Part shown: positions 1 through 6,856 of the stretch, piece after piece
Numbering within the stretch: position 1 is the stretch's first letter
Layout: every line of letters begins with the position of its first letter
Assembly: GCA_040752575.1 (NCBI GenBank)
Contig: JBFMGK010000026.1
Location: 1-19,019, forward strand
Reading direction: 5' to 3'
Origin: Candidatus Bipolaricaulota bacterium
GTDB lineage: Bacteria; Bipolaricaulota; Bipolaricaulia; UBA7950; UBA9294
Length of the DNA: 19,019 nt
The notes under the pieces: generated by a model
Databases searched by the model: none
What the model was told of the DNA's origin: nothing
What the model saw: the letters and a program-made list of their open reading frames with translations, nothing else
Position numbers and translations under genes: made by a program

Positions 1-2
1 GC

Positions 3-2687
3 TCGTACTTCGACCTGTTGCCGAAAAACGACCCGCTTGTGCTCGAGTACCAGGAAAACCAGATCTACCTCTCGACGACGGACTCCGTCGTTCTGCTCGT
101 CACGCTCGTCGACCCGGGAGAAAGGACGCGGACGGAGAGAGAAGCCGCATTGCAGGACGCCGGCCGCGTGCTGGCCGAGACCCTGCGGGGCAATCCGGAG
201 TTCAAGTCGGTCACCTATCTCATCGAGCCGGCGCCCGACATCCCCGATCAGTACATCCTGCTGTACCAGTTGGGCTCAGAGCGTCTCGCCGAGGTCGAAG
301 CCAGCGTCGCCATCGCCAGGTCCGCCTTCGGCGAGGTGACGGCCTCGCTGCCTCCCACAGGCGACCTCAGCACGGCCTACCGCGAGATGAGTGCGGTGAT
401 CGACGAGGTTGCCGCATCCGGTCTCGCGTTCGAAGGCGGCGCTGCCGCCGATCTGGGAGCGTTCGTCGCCCTGAACGACGCGGTGCTCCAGGGGATCGAT
501 CGGCTGGAAACATTCCCGGAGATCACGCTGGCCGTACGGCGGATCGCCGACCTGTTCGCCCCTCAGGCCGATGTCGTTCGCGAGGGACGGGCGTTCTTCT
601 CGCGAGACGGCAACAGCCTCCTCGTCAGCGTCAAGCCGCATCTCCCGGCCCAGACGGGAGTCGAGTACTGCGACAGGATCCGCGCGGCCATCGACGAGGA
701 TCTTGCACGCGTGGACCTCGACGGCCTCGGCGTACGCATTGCGGTCGCCGGTCTGTACACGCTCATCGCCGAGACCGACGAGGTCGTGAGCGCCGACATG
801 CATCGGACGGAACTCGTGACGGCCGCAGGGGTCGTCCTCGTGTTCCTCGTGTCGTTCGGTTCCCTGCTCTACAGCCTCATCGCGTCGATCCCGCTGCTCG
901 TCGCCCTGCTCGCGACGTCGGCCTGGACGAAGGCGGGCCTTGGCGGCTTCAACCTCATCACGACGTTTGTGCCCTCCCTCATCTTAGGCATGGGCGACGA
1001 CTTCGCGATCCACTTGATCTCGCGCTATGTGGAGGAGCGGACGGTCGGCGGAACGTTCAGCCGAGCCGTCTTCACGATGCTCGCGCGCAAGGGGTCGGCG
1101 ATTTTCCTCGGCGCCTCGACGATCGTCCTCGTCTTCCTTGGCCTGCTCTCGGCGCGTTCTCGCGCGCTGTTCGAGATGGGCGCCATCGCGAGCGTCGGCA
1201 TCGCCCTCGCGTTTGCCTTTGCGGTCGTCACGATCCCCGCGCTGCTCACGCAGGCGCGGAAGTTGCGCGGCAAGCGCCGCCGCCGCGAGCGCGCGGCCCA
1301 TCACGCCCCGCACTTCGTTGCGTTCTTCCGAGTCCTCACAAGCCGAGTCGGCTCGACGGTGATCGTCGTCTCGCTGTGCGGACTCACGGTGGTCGCGGGA
1401 CTTCTCGCCTCGGGCGTTCGCTTCGCCTTCTCGTCGAACGACCTCATCCCGCGGGTCTCGAGTCAGGATGCACTCGACCAGATTCTGACGTCGTTCGATC
1501 TCGGCGGAGAGAGCGCCCAGCTGGGAACGAACTTCCTGTTTTTCGCCACGAGCGAAGCGGAGATGGCTTGGCTCGGAGATGCTCTGGCGGAACACCCATT
1601 GGTTCTCGCCGTCGACTCGGCACAGCAGTACCTTCCAGCAAACCTCGCCGAGCAGCAGGCCGCGCTGCGCGGACTGCGCCTCGAGCTCTACGCCGATCAG
1701 TTGGCGGCTCTCGACCGCAGCCTGGCGGCACGCGACGCCGTCTTGGCCGAGGTCCGCACGCTGTGGACGCGGCTGGCCCTGGTCCAGTACGCGGCGTCGC
1801 TCAATGGATACGCGAAGCTCGGTCTCGACGCAGCGCAGTCGCAGGCGCAACTGCTCGAGATCCAGGAGCGCCTGGCGGCGATGGACGTCGAGCGGGAACG
1901 ATCTGCAGTTCAGGAACTCGAGGCGGCAGTCCGCGAGCTTGACGTGCGCCTGGCGGACGTGCGCGACCTTCCGCCGGCCGAGAAGCTGTTGCGCGACATC
2001 CTCCGGAGTCTGCCGAGCGAGATCGAGACGCGGTACATCACCACGGACGGACGCTACATCGTGCGCGCGCGGATGAGCCCCACGCTGTTCGCGAAGAACA
2101 ACCTGCGCGAGTTCGTGCAGTTCGCCGACGGGCTCTCGTCGGACTACTTCGGCGTCCCGCTCGCCGTGCGCGAGCTCGAGAGCGTAATGAAACGGGACTT
2201 CTACATCTCGACGGTGATCGCCTTCGTGTTGATCGCGTTCACCGTGTGGCACTCTTTCCGAAAGATCTGGCGAACGCTTCTCGCCCTCTCTCCCGTGTTC
2301 TTCTCGTACGTCTGGATGCTCGGCGGCATGCGTCTCCTAGGCGTCAACTTCAACTTCATCAACATCGCCATCTCGCCGTTGCTCGTCGGGCTGGGAATCG
2401 AGAGCGGCGTTTCGCTCCTTTTCCGCTACGACGAGGAACGAGCCAAGGATCCTGACGGGGCCATGATCCGCGCCGGTTCCACGACCCTCGCCGCCATCAC
2501 GACGTCGCTGTTCACGACGATGCTCGTGTTCGGCAGCCTGCTCGCGGCCCGCACGCCCGGCCTTCGCTTCCTCGGTACCTGCGCGCTCCTCGGACTCGGA
2601 AGCTCGCTGTTCTTCAGCGTGGTTTTCGTCCCAGCGGCCACGACCGTGTTCCGGCGACGCTCACGCCCCCGATCGACGACACCGTGA
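3..2687 (+). CDS. MMPL/RND family membrane transporter (HpnN/MmpL-like), 5'-truncated by the window edge
   Basis: The frame is open from position 3 (SYFDLLPKNDP), so TTG at 18 is probably not the true start. There are two hydrophobic multi-TM blocks (about aa 265-410 and 730-875) separated by large extracytoplasmic loops. TM4-like GMGDDFAIHLISRYVEER and TM10-like GLGIESGVSLLFRYDEER match the repeated MMPL motif. Stop TGA at 2685-2687. Confidence 0.88.
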   Translation, partial: SYFDLLPKNDPLVLEYQENQIYLSTTDSVVLLVTLVDPGERTRTEREAALQDAGRVLAETLRGNPEFKSVTYLIEPAPDIPDQYILLYQLGSERLAEVEASVAIARSAFGEVTASLPPTGDLSTAYREMSAVIDEVAASGLAFEGGAAADLGAFVALNDAVLQGIDRLETFPEITLAVRRIADLFAPQADVVREGRAFFSRDGNSLLVSVKPHLPAQTGVEYCDRIRAAIDEDLARVDLDGLGVRIAVAGLYTLIAETDEVVSADMHRTELVTAAGVVLVFLVSFGSLLYSLIASIPLLVALLATSAWTKAGLGGFNLITTFVPSLILGMGDDFAIHLISRYVEERTVGGTFSRAVFTMLARKGSAIFLGASTIVLVFLGLLSARSRALFEMGAIASVGIALAFAFAVVTIPALLTQARKLRGKRRRRERAAHHAPHFVAFFRVLTSRVGSTVIVVSLCGLTVVAGLLASGVRFAFSSNDLIPRVSSQDALDQILTSFDLGGESAQLGTNFLFFATSEAEMAWLGDALAEHPLVLAVDSAQQYLPANLAEQQAALRGLRLELYADQLAALDRSLAARDAVLAEVRTLWTRLALVQYAASLNGYAKLGLDAAQSQAQLLEIQERLAAMDVERERSAVQELEAAVRELDVRLADVRDLPPAEKLLRDILRSLPSEIETRYITTDGRYIVRARMSPTLFAKNNLREFVQFADGLSSDYFGVPLAVRELESVMKRDFYISTVIAFVLIAFTVWHSFRKIWRTLLALSPVFFSYVWMLGGMRLLGVNFNFINIAISPLLVGLGIESGVSLLFRYDEERAKDPDGAMIRAGSTTLAAITTSLFTTMLVFGSLLAARTPGLRFLGTCALLGLGSSLFFSVVFVPAATTVFRRRSRPRSTTP

Positions 2688-2700
2688 CAACCCAGAGGAG

Positions 2701-2728
2701 CGGGCCCCGAGGCTCGCCCCGGGGCCCG
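2701..2728 (-). terminator. GC-rich hairpin between convergent MMPL and TatT-like genes; possible terminator
   Basis: CGGGCCCCG (2701-2709) is perfectly complementary to CGGGGCCCG (2720-2728). On the minus strand the stem extends through a G-U pair and two G-C pairs. No clean U-tract. Confidence 0.55.
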
Positions 2729-2762
2729 TACCGTATCGTCTCTTCGCTACGTCTCGACCGGA

Positions 2763-3677
2763 CTACAGCTTCGACTCGACGAACGCCAGAAGGTCGCGCG
2801 CGTTCTCCTGGGCATAGGCGTTCATCAGCGGGTACTTGTCGCCGATCGGCGCGGCCAATACGGCTTCCAGCACGCTCTTCGCTTCGGCCCACATCCCCTT
2901 CTCCATGTAGTAGAACTCGGCGATGAACGTGCGGTTCTCGAAGTACTCGTCGGCGCCGGCGATCGCCGGTTGACAATCCCCACACGCGGAACAGGCCGCC
3001 TCGGTCACGACGTGGCACAGGTAGTCGAGCGCCTTGTCGAGGTCTTTTCCAATGGGGAGGCCCGAGTAGTACGCGCCGAGCGAGCGGTACGAGCCCCCAA
3101 CGACGTAGGCCGGGTCCAGTTCGAGGCAGCGCTCGGACATCGCCTGCGTCTTCGCGGGAACCCCGGCGAAGACCGCAGCGAGCGCGTTCTTCTGTGACAC
3201 GCGCAGCCAATTGGCCGTGGCCCAGTACAGGGCGGGAACGTCGGTCTCGGCCCTGGCGGCGGCAGCGAAGCCCTCGGTCTGCTCGAGAGATGCAAAGTCC
3301 GAGTTCATCCGCAGGCTCTTGAGGCCCCAGTGCTTGCCCTTGAGGTAGATCGGCTCGTTGTCGGCCGGGTCGACGAACACGTTGGCCAGGGTGTAGTAGG
3401 CTTGCGACAGCTTGTTGACGACGTCCTTCAGGCCCGCATCGACCGAGAATGCCATGACGGCGTCTTCGTTCTCTTCGTCGAGTGAGTCCGTCACGCCAAG
3501 CCCGGCGCGCAACGTGTCGATGACCTCGAGGAGGACGTACCAGCCCTCGTTCGAGTACGCCACGGCAATGTTGTCGTTCTGAAACAGCGCGAGCGCCTCG
3601 TCCATCGTCATCGAGAGGCCGCTCGCTCCGATCGCCAAGAGCCCAAGCAACACCAGTCCTACCGTCTTCTTCCACAT
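2763..3677 (-). CDS. Secreted TatT-like (TRAP/TPAT T-component family) helical-repeat protein, paralog A
   Basis: 304 aa, ATG preceded by AGGAGGT (3683-3689, minus strand). Sec-type signal MWKKTVGLVLLGLLAIGASG. Motifs DVPALYWATANW and ERCLELDPAYVVGGSYRSLGAYY resemble the TatT family. Contains C-x7-CSACGDC. Confidence 0.7.
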   Translation of the reverse strand: MWKKTVGLVLLGLLAIGASGLSMTMDEALALFQNDNIAVAYSNEGWYVLLEVIDTLRAGLGVTDSLDEENEDAVMAFSVDAGLKDVVNKLSQAYYTLANVFVDPADNEPIYLKGKHWGLKSLRMNSDFASLEQTEGFAAAARAETDVPALYWATANWLRVSQKNALAAVFAGVPAKTQAMSERCLELDPAYVVGGSYRSLGAYYSGLPIGKDLDKALDYLCHVVTEAACSACGDCQPAIAGADEYFENRTFIAEFYYMEKGMWAEAKSVLEAVLAAPIGDKYPLMNAYAQENARDLLAFVESKL

Positions 3678-3725
3678 CGTGGACCTCCTAAGAGTCCCGG
3701 AACTCCTTCGCCCTTGCCCGCTGCG

Positions 3726-4670
3726 CTAGAGCTTTTCCTCCACCTGTGCGAGAAGCTCGCGAGCGAGCATCTGGTCGAACGCGTTGTACAGCGCGTGCAG
3801 TTCTCCCACCGGCTCGTCGAGGATGCTCCGCAGCACGCGCGCCGCTTCCGCCCACTCGTCTTTCTTCATCAGGTAGTACTGCGCGAAGATCAGCCGGTTT
3901 TCGAAGTACGCGTTGCAGTCCGGATCCAACGGACACATCGTGCAGGCGCTGCAGTAGGCAGGCTCGGTGAGCACGGGGCACAGATACGACAGGGCCTTCG
4001 GAAGGTCCTGCCGATAGGGGATCAGCGGGATCGCCGGAAGGCTCGCCCAGAATCCGGCAAGCGACCGGTACGCACCATACGACATGTAGGCGGGTTCCAC
4101 TTCGAGGGCCCGCTCGATGAGCGCCTGAAGCTTGGGAGGGTCATTGCGAAAAACGGCGCCGAGGACGTCGAACTCGTCTTTCCGCGCCCAGTTGGCGTAC
4201 GTCCAATAGAGCGCCGAGACATCCGTCTCTTGGCGCACGGCGTCGACGAAACTGCTCGACGAACGCTCGATCTGCGCAAACGCCGGGTTCATCCGCAAGC
4301 TCTTGAGTCCCCACAACTGACCCTTGTTGAATGCTGCTTCAGCGCCCGGCTGCTGATACAGGAAGACGTCGGCCAACGTGTAGTAGGCCTGCGCGAGCTT
4401 GTTCACGAGCCCCTTCTGTTCGGCGGGAACGGGGAGGGCCATGTAGGCATCCTCGCTCTCCTCGTCGAAAGCCGGCGTCACGCCAACGGCCGCTTCCAGG
4501 GCAATGATCGCCGCTTCGAGCGAAGCGCGCCCGGCGTCGTCGTACAGGACGGCGACATCTCCGCCGTCGGGAATGAGTGCCAACGCAGCGTCGAGCGCCG
4601 CATCGGCCACGGCTGTTCCTCCCGCCGCAAGGCAGAAGAAGGCCAAGGCCACTACGACCCGATTACGCAT
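3726..4670 (-). CDS. Secreted TatT-like helical-repeat protein, paralog B
   Basis: 314 aa with GGGAGG upstream. Signal peptide MRNRVVVALAFFCLAAGGTAVA with an AVA cleavage site. Motifs DVSALYWTYANW and ERALEVEPAYMSYGAYRSLAGFW. Shares VNKLxQAYYTLA, WGLKSLRMN and YFENR blocks with paralog A. Contains C-x8-CSACTMC-x5-C. Confidence 0.7.
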   Translation of the reverse strand: MRNRVVVALAFFCLAAGGTAVADAALDAALALIPDGGDVAVLYDDAGRASLEAAIIALEAAVGVTPAFDEESEDAYMALPVPAEQKGLVNKLAQAYYTLADVFLYQQPGAEAAFNKGQLWGLKSLRMNPAFAQIERSSSSFVDAVRQETDVSALYWTYANWARKDEFDVLGAVFRNDPPKLQALIERALEVEPAYMSYGAYRSLAGFWASLPAIPLIPYRQDLPKALSYLCPVLTEPAYCSACTMCPLDPDCNAYFENRLIFAQYYLMKKDEWAEAARVLRSILDEPVGELHALYNAFDQMLARELLAQVEEKL

Positions 4671-4701
4671 TCAGGTCCCCCCTCCCTCGTCATGGAGCCT
4701 C

Positions 4702-4729
4702 ACTATAGCCGATCACGCCCTGCCCTCAA
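4702..4729 (-). promoter_or_regulatory. Putative sigma70-type promoter for the TatT-like pair
   Basis: Minus strand reads TTGAGG (4729-4724), 16-bp spacer, TATAGT (4707-4702), about 30 nt upstream of the ATG at 4670. Confidence 0.5.
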
Positions 4730-4746
4730 AGCCGCCGCCCGTGCGG

Positions 4747-4775
4747 TTGGCGCCCTCTCGCCGCTGTGCTATTCT
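4747..4775 (+). promoter_or_regulatory. Putative sigma70-type promoter for ferredoxin
   Basis: TTGGCG (4747-4752), 17-bp spacer, extended -10 TGnTATTCT (4767-4775). SD AAGGAGG at 4794-4800. Confidence 0.55.
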
Positions 4776-4805
4776 TCCGCCACCCAAACGGCAAAGGAGG
4801 ATCTC

Positions 4806-4985
4806 ATGGCGAAGCCCGTTGTAGATCAGGACTCATGCGTCGGGTGCGGACTCTGCGCTCAGGTGTGCCCGGACGTTTTCGAACTGAAGGGCGACGGCAA
4901 GGCACACGTCATCGCTGGCGCCGACTTCGAGGCCGATTGCGTCGAGGACGCCATCGACCAGTGCCCCGTGGGGGCGATTTCCTAG
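4806..4985 (+). CDS. fdx: Single-cluster [4Fe-4S] ferredoxin (59 aa)
   Basis: MAKPVVDQDSCVGCGLCAQVCPDVFELKGDGKA...CVEDAIDQCPVGAIS contains CxxCxxC plus a distal CP. The layout matches Thermotoga/Pyrococcus-type monocluster ferredoxins. Strong SD. Only the 3' end of track ORF 3714..4985 is real. Confidence 0.93.
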   Translation: MAKPVVDQDSCVGCGLCAQVCPDVFELKGDGKAHVIAGADFEADCVEDAIDQCPVGAIS

Positions 4986-4996
4986 TAGGCGACGAT

Positions 4997-5025
4997 GCGG
5001 GGGGCGGCGGACCGCCGCCTCCCGC
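4997..5025 (+). terminator. Hairpin downstream of ferredoxin; terminator or 3' stabilising stem
   Basis: GCGGGGGGCGGCG-GAC-CGCCGCCTCCCGC forms a 13-bp stem with one G-U pair on the + strand, followed by a weak tail (GCTGTTCAT). Confidence 0.6.
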
Positions 5026-5047
5026 GCTGTTCATCGAAGACGTCTCG

Positions 5048-5077
5048 TTGTCTCTCGCGGCGTGCGCGGTCTAGGAT
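5048..5077 (+). promoter_or_regulatory. Possible promoter for the patatin-led operon
   Basis: TTGTCT (5048-5053), 18-bp spacer, TAGGAT (5072-5077), upstream of AAGGGAGG and GTG at 5097. Confidence 0.35.
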
Positions 5078-5096
5078 GGCCGGCGAAGGGAGGCGC

Positions 5097-5969
5097 GTGG
5101 CGAACAAGATTCTGGGTCTCGCGCTGTCGAGCGGCGGCGCTCGCGGATCGGCGCACGTCGGCGTCCTCAAGGTGTTGATCGACGAGGGCCTCGCCCCGGA
5201 CGTCGTCGCCGGAGCCAGCATGGGAGCCCATGTCGGCGCTGCTTATGCGGCCGGCGTCCCGCTCGCCGAACTGGAGGCCCAGTGGGCCCACGCCTCGGTG
5301 TGGCGAACGGTCAAGGCGCTGGCGCCCACGCTTCCGTTCTCGGGGTGGAGCTCCGGCGGTGAGGTCACGCGAACGCTTGAACAGATGTTCGGCGACCGCA
5401 GGATCGAGGACCTCGAGCGTCCCTTTGCCGCCCTCGCGACGGACCTCGAGTCCGGCGAGCCGTGCGCTCTTACGTCGGGACGCGTCGTCGACGCCGTGCG
5501 TGCCAGTCTCTCGGTTCCCGGTCTGTTCACGCCCGTGTGGAACGAAGAGCGTCTGCTCATCGACGGCGGCGTCTCGAATCCGTTGCCCATCGACGCAGCG
5601 TACGGTCTGGGTGCGCAGGTCGTGATCGCGGTCGACGTTCTCGTCGATCCGGCGGAGGTTCACCTTGCCGGCTTGCCGTACTTCGGCGTAAAGGAACGCC
5701 TGTTGGGTCTCACCGCCCCCTCCGCAGCGGTTGGGGGAGCGCGTCGGTTTCACCCGAGCGTTTTCGCGGTTCTCTTTCAGATGTCTACGGTGTTTCAGCG
5801 TCGTCTGAGCGATCTCATGCTGGCGGCGCACCCGCCCGAAGTGCTCATCCGTCCAGACTTCGGTTCCGCGCCCCCGTGCTACAGCCGCGTCGGATGCGGT
5901 ATCGACGCGGGGGCAGAAGCAGCGCGGCGAGCCTTGCCGGCGATTCGCGCCGCGCTCGCGCGAGAGTAG
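5097..5969 (+). CDS. Patatin-like phospholipase / NTE (RssA-like) family
   Basis: LALSSGGARGSAHVGVL glycine-rich loop, nucleophile motif GASMG (GxSxG), VRASLSVPGLF and catalytic DGG. Start placed at GTG 5097 after AAGGGAGG; ATG 5076 is an alternative. Confidence 0.92.
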   Translation: MANKILGLALSSGGARGSAHVGVLKVLIDEGLAPDVVAGASMGAHVGAAYAAGVPLAELEAQWAHASVWRTVKALAPTLPFSGWSSGGEVTRTLEQMFGDRRIEDLERPFAALATDLESGEPCALTSGRVVDAVRASLSVPGLFTPVWNEERLLIDGGVSNPLPIDAAYGLGAQVVIAVDVLVDPAEVHLAGLPYFGVKERLLGLTAPSAAVGGARRFHPSVFAVLFQMSTVFQRRLSDLMLAAHPPEVLIRPDFGSAPPCYSRVGCGIDAGAEAARRALPAIRAALARE

Positions 5970-5980
5970 GCGCACGGCCG

Positions 5981-6856
5981 ATGATCCCCAGAAGTCGCTT
6001 GACCCTTGGCGCGGTGGTCGCAGTGGCCGCGATCTCCTCGGGAGCCGTCCTCGCTCGGTTGGCTGGCGAGGCGCATCCTCTGGCGATCGCCGCGTGGCGG
6101 CTCGGCCTCGCCTCGCTGGTCCTTGTGCCGTGGGCCATGCTGCGCGGAGGGTGGAGGCGCGTCACGCGAGCGGACGTGCTCCGCTCTGTGGCCAGCGGCG
6201 CCGCACTTGCCGTCCATTTCGGGCTCTGGATCACTTCCCTTACCCAGACGTCGGTCGCGAGTTCGGTGCTGTTCGTCACGCTGCACCCGCTGTTCGTCGG
6301 CGTGGCGGCTGCGGCTCTGTACAACGAGCCGCTGACGAAGAACCTCACCTTCGGGATCGCGGCCTCCACGCTCGGCGGTCTTCTCCTCTCCATCGGCGAC
6401 CTTCGTCTCGGAGACGGGTCATGGGTCGGCGACCTTCTCGCCCTGGGCGGGGGTCTGGCCGCCGCCGTGTACTTCCTGATCGGGCGGCGAGCGCGAATCC
6501 GTATGCCCCTGGTCGAGTACACGGCCATCGCCTACGGCAGCGCCACCCTTCTTCTTCTCGCGGCGTGCGTCTTCGGCGGCATACGACTCCACGGCTACTC
6601 ACAGGCCACGTTCGGAGCTCTGCTCCTTCTCGCGCTGATTCCGCAACTCGTAGGACACTCGACGCTCAACTGGGCGCTGCGCTACCTTCCCGCGGCGAGG
6701 GTGTCGCTGCTTGTCCTTGCAGAGCCGATTGGGGCCGGCGTGCTGGCCTTCACGCTGTTCGGCGAGGTCCCCACCTGGCTTGGCGGCCTCGGCGCGGCGA
6801 TCATTCTCCTAGGGCTGTTCGTCGCGGGACGACGAAAGGAGAGCGTCCATGGATGA
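5981..6856 (+). CDS. EamA/DMT family permease (about 10 TM)
   Basis: Two hydrophobic repeats with the typical AAWRL, HFGLWITSL..TSVASS, GDLLALGG and LAEPIGAGVLAF..FGE motifs. Start ATG 5981 lies 11 nt after the patatin stop; the track ORF's N-terminal extension overlaps patatin. Confidence 0.9.
   Translation: MIPRSRLTLGAVVAVAAISSGAVLARLAGEAHPLAIAAWRLGLASLVLVPWAMLRGGWRRVTRADVLRSVASGAALAVHFGLWITSLTQTSVASSVLFVTLHPLFVGVAAAALYNEPLTKNLTFGIAASTLGGLLLSIGDLRLGDGSWVGDLLALGGGLAAAVYFLIGRRARIRMPLVEYTAIAYGSATLLLLAACVFGGIRLHGYSQATFGALLLLALIPQLVGHSTLNWALRYLPAARVSLLVLAEPIGAGVLAFTLFGEVPTWLGGLGAAIILLGLFVAGRRKESVHG

Noticed and set aside
3012..3023. YLCH in paralog A as a c-type heme motif, or the Cys cluster as a radical SAM motif
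   Set aside because: There is no Cys three residues before CH (the sequence is DYLCH), and paralog B has CP. The spacing is CxxCxxC, not CxxxCxxC, and the proteins are secreted.
3714..4805. 423-aa ORF 3714..4985 read as a large ferredoxin fusion
   Set aside because: The upstream part is antisense to TatT-like paralog B and crosses the promoter region. The ferredoxin has its own SD and ATG at 4806.
4983..4988. TAG TAG plus hairpin after the ferredoxin as a pyrrolysine or readthrough signal
   Set aside because: The domain is essentially complete at CPVGAIS. Tandem stops followed by a hairpin are better explained as termination.
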